Shown here one piece after another: positions 56,963-64,000 of a stretch of DNA of 64,000 bases. Source of the stretch: Candidatus Multivoradales bacterium. GTDB taxonomy: Bacteria > Acidobacteriota > Thermoanaerobaculia > Multivoradales > J023. Made by a program: the position numbers and the translations under genes. The stretch is taken from contig CBDFLE010000005.1 of NCBI GenBank assembly GCA_965248925.1, forward strand, positions 672,001 through 736,000, given 5' to 3'. Under the pieces are notes generated by a model, which was given only the letters and a program-made list of their open reading frames with translations, ran no database searches and had not been told where the DNA came from. The stretch's first letter is position 1. Each line of letters opens with the position of its first letter.

Positions 56963-57906
56963 GCTCGTGGGGTGGTGTTGAGGTGACGCGCCAAGTGCTT
57001 GCGCAAGTTCGCTGCTGAACCCAGTCCGCAGCGGCTGGCTACCTGCTCGACACTGTAATCAGTGGTTTCGAGCAGCTCCCGTGCTTTCGCCACCCGCTGC
57101 TGGCTCACCCAGCGGTGCGGCGACAGGCCGGTCAACTCGCGGAATCGACGTTGGAAAGTGCGCAGGGCAAAACCCGATTGCTGCGCTAGCTGGTCGACCG
57201 ACAGAGGTTGGTCGATCGAATCGAGCAAGTTCTCCAAGACCGTGCCGAAACCATCGTCCTCCCTGAGGGGGCAGACCAGCTCAGCGTACTGGCTTTGGCC
57301 GCCGTCGCGATGCACTGGCGCCACCATCCGCCGCGCAACCTTGTTGGCCACCGCGATGCCAAAATCTTGGCGCACAATGGCCAGGCAGAGATCCAGCCCG
57401 GCGGCAGAACCGGCAGAGGTCGAGACGCGCCCGTCGTGGATGTAGAGGGCATCAGTTTCCACCCGCAGCTGCGGAAACTGCTGGCGCAGGGTCTCGGCAT
57501 GCAACCAATGGGTAGTCGTCCGGCGATCCTCCAGCAAGCCGGCGTGGGCCAGGACAAACGCTCCAGTGCAGATGCTGACCAGGCGAGCCCCGCGCTCATC
57601 CGCCCGCTGCAAGGCCTCAAGGAAGGGTTCCGGTGGACGCTCCAGCGAACGCCGCCAGCCAGGAATCAATACAATGTCGGCAGCTTCCAAGGTAGCCAGG
57701 TTGCCGCTGGGCTCGATATGTAGCCCATGGCTGGTGCGCAGGCCGCCGGGTTCGACCCGTGAGGGTCGGAAGTCATACCAGGGAACACCGAGCTCAGGAC
57801 GGGTCAGGCCGAAGATTTCGGCCGCAATGCTGTACTCAAAACCGAGCAAGCCATCGTAAATCGCCACCGCCATGGTCGGCCCTCGTTGCATCTTCATCTT
57901 CACCAC
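56866..57906 (-). CDS. GlxA/FtrA-like AraC regulator with DJ-1/PfpI domain
   Basis: 'SICTGAFVLA.AGLL..R..TTHW', 'TSAG..AG.DLCL', 'HRDGGQSQY', C-terminal AraC HTH; start uncertain. Confidence 0.92.
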   Translation of the reverse strand: MVKMKMQRGPTMAVAIYDGLLGFEYSIAAEIFGLTRPELGVPWYDFRPSRVEPGGLRTSHGLHIEPSGNLATLEAADIVLIPGWRRSLERPPEPFLEALQRADERGARLVSICTGAFVLAHAGLLEDRRTTTHWLHAETLRQQFPQLRVETDALYIHDGRVSTSAGSAAGLDLCLAIVRQDFGIAVANKVARRMVAPVHRDGGQSQYAELVCPLREDDGFGTVLENLLDSIDQPLSVDQLAQQSGFALRTFQRRFRELTGLSPHRWVSQQRVAKARELLETTDYSVEQVASRCGLGSAANLRKHLARHLNTTPRAYRSAFRAAGESEPRLASSTPSGNNSSSTTVA

Positions 57907-57979
57907 CTTGGCGGGATTCTATCGAACTTTGACGATTGTGCCACTTTTCTTCTGCTCTGCTTCTTGTCATCCTCTGTTC

Positions 57980-60070
57980 ATGCCGAGAACAAACCCCATC
58001 GCGGAGCGGTCCTCAAGCGTTCAGGCGGTCGAGCGTCGATCGGTGATCGGGGCTTGCCCGCTGGATTGCCCGGACGGCTGTTCCTGGATCGTCGAGGTTG
58101 AAGATGGGCGGGCGGTTGACTTGCGCGCCAACTCCTCGCATCCATTCACCGGCAAGTCCTTATGTGTCAAGACCAACCCCTATTTGCACTACAGCGCCCA
58201 TCCCGACCGCCTGCTGTATCCCCAGCGCCGGGTCGGCGCCAAAGGCGGCGGCCATTTTGAGCGCATCTCCTGGGACCAAGCGTTGGGCGAGATTTCAGAG
58301 CGGCTGCAAGCGGCAAGCCTCGAGCATGGCGCCGAGTCCATCTGGCCTTATTTCGGTACCGGTTCGGTAGGTTGGGTCCAAGGCATTGTCGGCGCCGGTA
58401 GGCGCCTGTTTCACGCTCTGGGAGCCTCTCGGCACGACCCCAACATCTGCTCAGCCGCGGGCCACGCAGGTATTCGCTACACCACCGGCTCGGCGGCAGG
58501 GATGGACCCAGAAGACCTGGTTCATTCGGGGCTCATCCTGCTCTGGGGCACCAATACCATCGTCACCAATCGCCATCTCTGGCCGTTCATTAAGCAGGCG
58601 CAGAAAAACGGCGCCAAAGTAGTGACCATCGACCCGTTGCGCACCCTGACCGCCAAGCATGCCGATTTGCATATCCCCTTGCGTCCGGGTTCCGACGCTG
58701 TTCTGGCTCTGGGATTGATGCGCTACCTGGCCGAGGAGGGAGCGGTAGACGACGAATACTTGGCCCACCGGACCTTGGGTTGGGAGGAATTTCGCCAGCA
58801 AGAGCTGGCCGAGTTTACTCCCCAGCGAGTGGCCGAGCTATGTGACATCGAGGAGGATAGTTTTCTCGCTCTGGGGCGCTGGGCCGCCAGCCGTCGCCCC
58901 TTGGCCATCCGCAGTCTGATGGGCATGCAGCGGCACCGGGGAGGCGGCCAGGCGGCACGGGTGCTTTCTTGTGTGCCGGCAATAACCGGCGACTACCAGC
59001 GCCTCGGCGGCGGCTTCTGCTATACCACCGGCCCTTGCTACCAGCTCAATGTCGACGCTCTGTGTCGGCCCGATCTGCAACCTGATTCGACTCGCACCCT
59101 CACCATGACTCGCCTTGGACAGGGACTGCTGGAGCTGGACGATCCGCCGGTCGCGGCGCTGATCGTGGTGGCCGCTAACCCGATGGCTTCCAATCCCGAG
59201 CAAGCACGCATCCGCCGTGGGTTGGCGCGGGAGGATCTCTTTACCGTGGTGATCGAGAACTTCCAGACCGACACCGCCGACTATGCCGATATCTTGCTGC
59301 CCGGCACCATGCAGACCGAGCATGCCGATCTGCACGACTCCTTCTCCCACCTATATTTGCAATGGAACGAGCCAGCGGTGGCAGCGCCGGGGGAGTGCCT
59401 ATCGCACACCGAGATCTTCCGCCGCCTGGCCCGTCGCCTGGGGCTTGATGAACCTGCTTTGCAGGCCAGCGACGAGCAGCTAGCGCGAGCTGCTCTGGCC
59501 TCGAAGCACCCGGCTCTGGAGGGCGTTACGCTCGAAAAATTGAAGGCTCAGGGCTGGCAGCGCCTCGCCTGGCCGCAGCCGTATCAGCCCTTTCTCGAAC
59601 ATTTTTTTACTCCCTCTAAGAGGTTCGAGTTTCGCTCGCAACGCGCCGCGGCCGAGGGACACGGGCTCTATCCGCACTACACCCGGCCACGGGAAACCGC
59701 GGCGGATGCCGACGATGGCTCGTTGATCTTGCTGTCGCCGGCCAATCAGCATCTGCTTAATTCGATGTTTGCCAACAGCTCGCACCACGCCAGAGCGGGC
59801 GGCCCTACTCTGGTGCTGCATCCGGCCGATGTCGAGCGTCTGCAGCTGCGGGATGGGCAGCGGGTGCGGGCGTGGAATCAGCGCGGGGAGTTCTTCGCTC
59901 AGCTCAAGAGTAGTGACGCGACCCGCCGTGGAGTGGCTTTGAGCAGTAAGGGGCAGTGGCCGAAGCTCAATGGTGGCTCTTCGGTCAACGCAACGGTGGC
60001 CGAGCGTGATGCGGATATGGCCCGTGGCGGGGTCTATTCAGACAACCGGGTTTTCGTCGCCGCTGGGTGA
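57980..60070 (+). CDS. Molybdopterin-dependent oxidoreductase (DMSO reductase superfamily)
   Basis: 'CPLDCPDGC', 'LCVK', 'RLLYP..R', 'ISWD.AL', 'TDTADYADILLP'; C-terminal Mo-dinucleotide-binding domain. Confidence 0.92.
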   Translation: MPRTNPIAERSSSVQAVERRSVIGACPLDCPDGCSWIVEVEDGRAVDLRANSSHPFTGKSLCVKTNPYLHYSAHPDRLLYPQRRVGAKGGGHFERISWDQALGEISERLQAASLEHGAESIWPYFGTGSVGWVQGIVGAGRRLFHALGASRHDPNICSAAGHAGIRYTTGSAAGMDPEDLVHSGLILLWGTNTIVTNRHLWPFIKQAQKNGAKVVTIDPLRTLTAKHADLHIPLRPGSDAVLALGLMRYLAEEGAVDDEYLAHRTLGWEEFRQQELAEFTPQRVAELCDIEEDSFLALGRWAASRRPLAIRSLMGMQRHRGGGQAARVLSCVPAITGDYQRLGGGFCYTTGPCYQLNVDALCRPDLQPDSTRTLTMTRLGQGLLELDDPPVAALIVVAANPMASNPEQARIRRGLAREDLFTVVIENFQTDTADYADILLPGTMQTEHADLHDSFSHLYLQWNEPAVAAPGECLSHTEIFRRLARRLGLDEPALQASDEQLARAALASKHPALEGVTLEKLKAQGWQRLAWPQPYQPFLEHFFTPSKRFEFRSQRAAAEGHGLYPHYTRPRETAADADDGSLILLSPANQHLLNSMFANSSHHARAGGPTLVLHPADVERLQLRDGQRVRAWNQRGEFFAQLKSSDATRRGVALSSKGQWPKLNGGSSVNATVAERDADMARGGVYSDNRVFVAAG

Positions 60071-60085
60071 GAAGGAGCAGGAAAA

Positions 60086-60556
60086 ATGAACGGCAAACTG
60101 GAGATGGAACCCTACCGGCGGCGCAAAACCTGGTCGCTGGGCAGCCGCCAGGTCGGCGATTGGCGGCTCAAGACCTACGGCATCGTCGTCGCAGGCACCA
60201 GGATCGACGATGCCATGATCGCAGCCGCTTTCGGAGCAGTGGCCAGACAAATCGCGGTAACGCTGGCGCAGGGCTCGGGACACGGTTTCGTGATTCTGCA
60301 TCGCGGCGATCAGGGGGTCTGGTTGCTGATCGATCGCTGGGCAGGCGATATTCTGCACCACGTTTTGTTGCGCGCTCCGCTGGACGAGCCGGCAGCTTAC
60401 GCCCCCGGCCCTGAGGATGGCACCATGGCTTGCGTCTGGGAAATGGCGGTGATGCAGCACGAGCGCGATGCCTGGGTGCGGCATGTGCTGAGCCAGCCGG
60501 CGGCGCCAGATTTTGCGGCTTATTTGGCCGACCAGTTGGAGATCGATCTGACCTAA
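60086..60556 (+). CDS. Conserved hypothetical protein
   Basis: GGAG RBS; 'GFVILHRG', 'ACVWE.AV..HER.AW'. Confidence 0.7.
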   Translation: MNGKLEMEPYRRRKTWSLGSRQVGDWRLKTYGIVVAGTRIDDAMIAAAFGAVARQIAVTLAQGSGHGFVILHRGDQGVWLLIDRWAGDILHHVLLRAPLDEPAAYAPGPEDGTMACVWEMAVMQHERDAWVRHVLSQPAAPDFAAYLADQLEIDLT

Positions 60557-60582
60557 GTGAAGGGTCCACGCCGCCAGTCTTC

Positions 60583-60609
60583 GTAGGGGCGCACGCCGTG
60601 CGCCCCTAC
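60583..60609. repeat. GTAG-family REP palindrome
   Basis: GTAGGGGCGCAC-GCC-GTGCGCCCCTAC, a perfect 12-bp inverted repeat between convergent genes. Confidence 0.8.
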
Positions 60610-60698
60610 ACCGGGAGAGTCCCGGCAGTTGAGAGCTACAGGCCAGTTGGGCGCGCGCCCGCCGCTGGAAGCGGACGACACGGCCAACTATCGGGCCA

Positions 60699-62192
<1,494 letters not shown>

Positions 62193-62229
62193 GGATAAGC
62201 TCCTACAAGTTGGAGAGTAGTGAGGTCAC

Positions 62230-63252
62230 TTAATGAGTGCTGGGTTGGGTGCTACCGCCCGTGCTGGAGACTGCAACCCGTTGCGGCTCGACCCGAGTGA
62301 TGCGGGCGGGGCCGTCACGGCGAGCGGTGGCGGCAAAAAGGGCCGGACCCTTGGCTGTCGTATCGATCGGCAAAGGGTGATAGTGGGGGCTGCCGAAGCC
62401 GCCCTGGTCGAAGAGGTCGAGCACGCTCTTGGCGGAGAAGCCCAGCCAGACGTGACCCATCTCGCGGCGAAAATCTTCTCGCTCGTGAGGCGCCATATCG
62501 ACCACCAGCAAGCGGCCGCCAGGTTTGAGCACGCGGTGGGCTTCAGCCAGCACCAGAGCCGGTTCGGGGACGTGGTGCAGAGCGAGAAAGAGGGTAGCGG
62601 CGTCGAGTTCGCGATCGTCAAAAGGCAGTTTCTCAAGGTCCCCCTGGCGCACCTCGACGTTGTCGTTGTCGGCAAGCCGCTGGCGCGCCGCTGCGAGCAT
62701 GGCGGCGGAGCCGTCGACGGCGATGACCCGGTCGACGAAGGGGGCCAAACACTCCGCCACCCGACCAGTGCCACAGGCCAAGTCGGCGACGTGCAAGTCG
62801 CTGTCGAGCAAACCCAGTAGGGCCTTGAGGTCGAAGCGGCTGCCAAACAGATCGTCCCGCAAGCGGTCCCAACGACCCGCGGTGGAGTTAAAGAACTGCC
62901 TCGAGCGGGTCTGCCGCAGAGCAAGAACCTCATCCAGCCGAGCACGATCCTCAGCGAATACCGAGGTCGCCGCCAATTGATCGCGGAACAGCCGCCATAG
63001 CGGCCTGGCGGCGGCACTCAGTTCGTTGACCGTCAAGCGGTAGAAGCGACAGGTACCCTCGCGGCGTGAGCCCAGCCAGCCGCCATCGGCCAGCACTCGC
63101 AGGTGCCGGCTGACCGTCGACTGCGGCAGCTGCACCGCGGCACACAGCTCGCTTACGGTGAGTTCCCGACCCTCTACCAGTTGCAGGAGACGGCAGCGAG
63201 TGAGGTCGGTCAGGCTGGACGCGAGGTCGAGAATTTGTGGTTTGTTAGTCAT
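62230..63252 (-). CDS. ArsR-HTH/SAM-methyltransferase fusion regulator (SahR-like)
   Basis: 'ELTVSEL...QLPQSTVSRHL..L', 'VADLACGTG', 'VLKPGG.L'; directly upstream of ahcY. Confidence 0.9.
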   Translation of the reverse strand: MTNKPQILDLASSLTDLTRCRLLQLVEGRELTVSELCAAVQLPQSTVSRHLRVLADGGWLGSRREGTCRFYRLTVNELSAAARPLWRLFRDQLAATSVFAEDRARLDEVLALRQTRSRQFFNSTAGRWDRLRDDLFGSRFDLKALLGLLDSDLHVADLACGTGRVAECLAPFVDRVIAVDGSAAMLAAARQRLADNDNVEVRQGDLEKLPFDDRELDAATLFLALHHVPEPALVLAEAHRVLKPGGRLLVVDMAPHEREDFRREMGHVWLGFSAKSVLDLFDQGGFGSPHYHPLPIDTTAKGPALFAATARRDGPARITRVEPQRVAVSSTGGSTQPSTH

Positions 63253-63307
63253 CGCGATGATACCGGGTGGATGGCTTGCGCAGCGCTGAGCGCCCAAACC
63301 GCTCGTA

Positions 63308-63356
63308 CATCCGTTCATCCGGATGGACAGTGTACAGCGCTTTGGCGTCTTGTCAA
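63308..63356 (-). promoter_or_regulatory. Sigma70 promoter with overlapping palindromic operator for the regulator-ahcY operon
   Basis: TTGACA (63356-63351)-N16-TACACT (63334-63329), followed by CATCCG-N6-CGGATG (63308-63325). Confidence 0.7.
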
Positions 63357-63468
63357 GCCGCTGACCTGGCATTCGCCTAGAGACTCTGGCAGTGTTAGTC
63401 TAGTGTGGGCATTGGGCTAGCGGCACCGGACCTGCCCGCTGCCCAATCGCCAGCCGGATTCTTCGACC

Positions 63469-63894
63469 ATGCGTGGCAAGAAACACACCAGCGGTCCACA
63501 GGCGGGATTCTCCCTGATCGAAACGCTGCTCGGCCTGATGCTGATCGGCATCGGCCTGCTTTTCTCTTTCGCCTTTCTGCTGCAGCACGGCCAAGCGGTG
63601 AACCGAATGCGAGCCCACGAAGCCGCTTTGCAGGCTCTCGATTCGTATCTTGAAGACCTGCGCGGGGGTGCTCAAGCCGACCTGCTGCTGGGCCTGCCAG
63701 TTACTATCGATGGTGGCGAGTCCAGTGATGGTAGCGAGAGTTCCAGCAATCTGCCCACCATTCAGCTGGTGAGCGAGATCGTTCCGGCTTCGACCAACGG
63801 TTTGCTGCGGGTGCGCTTGACCGCGAACTACGCTGTGGCCGGTCGCCTCTACAAACGCCAAGTAGAGTCCCTGCTGTGGCGGCCCGTGCCATGA
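63469..63894 (+). CDS. Prepilin-type N-terminal cleavage protein (minor pilin/pseudopilin)
   Basis: 'AGFSLIETLLGL' type IV leader. Confidence 0.85.
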   Translation: MRGKKHTSGPQAGFSLIETLLGLMLIGIGLLFSFAFLLQHGQAVNRMRAHEAALQALDSYLEDLRGGAQADLLLGLPVTIDGGESSDGSESSSNLPTIQLVSEIVPASTNGLLRVRLTANYAVAGRLYKRQVESLLWRPVP

Positions 63895-64000
63895 CCGGCA
63901 GCGACAGCCAGGCAAGCTTGCCAACCGCTTTATCGCTGGCCGGCGAGCGGCAGGCGGGCTTCAGCTTGCTGGAACTCGTGGTTTCATCCTCCCTGCTGCT
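63891..64000 (+). CDS. Second prepilin-type protein (partial)
   Basis: ATGA overlap with the previous gene; 'RQAGFSLLELVVS'. Confidence 0.75.
   Translation, partial: MTGSDSQASLPTALSLAGERQAGFSLLELVVSSSLL

Overview
GC-rich bacterial chromosome window. An Acidobacteriota (Thermoanaerobaculia-like) origin is inferred from the VWA protein, the PQQ-like propeller and the 'LFGDNFESG' C-terminal motif. Both flanks are housekeeping or accessory genes. The left flank holds mscS, a large Gly-rich secreted protein, prfC, fabH, GGDEF-EAL, nfeD-nfeD-floA, an M48 peptidase and pdxH. The right flank holds a peroxiredoxin, SDR, MATE, TAXI-TRAP, VWA, truD, AraC, a Mo-oxidoreductase, ahcY with a SahR-like regulator, and prepilins. 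The centre (about 15.67-44.45 kb) is a tandem array of three Sec-signal Rhs polymorphic toxins with near-identical cores, three different C-terminal tips and three different putative immunity genes. Each Rhs faces, tail to tail, a REP-associated-type Y1 HUH transposase (one intact, one IS-disrupted, one 3' remnant). Each transposase stop codon is followed directly by a GTGCC-T-GGCAC hairpin and GCACCTATT repeats. The same motif recurs at the edges of truncated cargo pieces: an orphan Ntox24-like toxin tip with immunity gene, and XRE fragments. This suggests a RAYT-driven, integron-like toxin/immunity cassette system, which is the best candidate for an undescribed system here. The repeat unit also carries a comM 3' half at a probable att junction, and one copy holds an IS21 with a nested IS3. 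All family calls are from motif recognition, without database searches.
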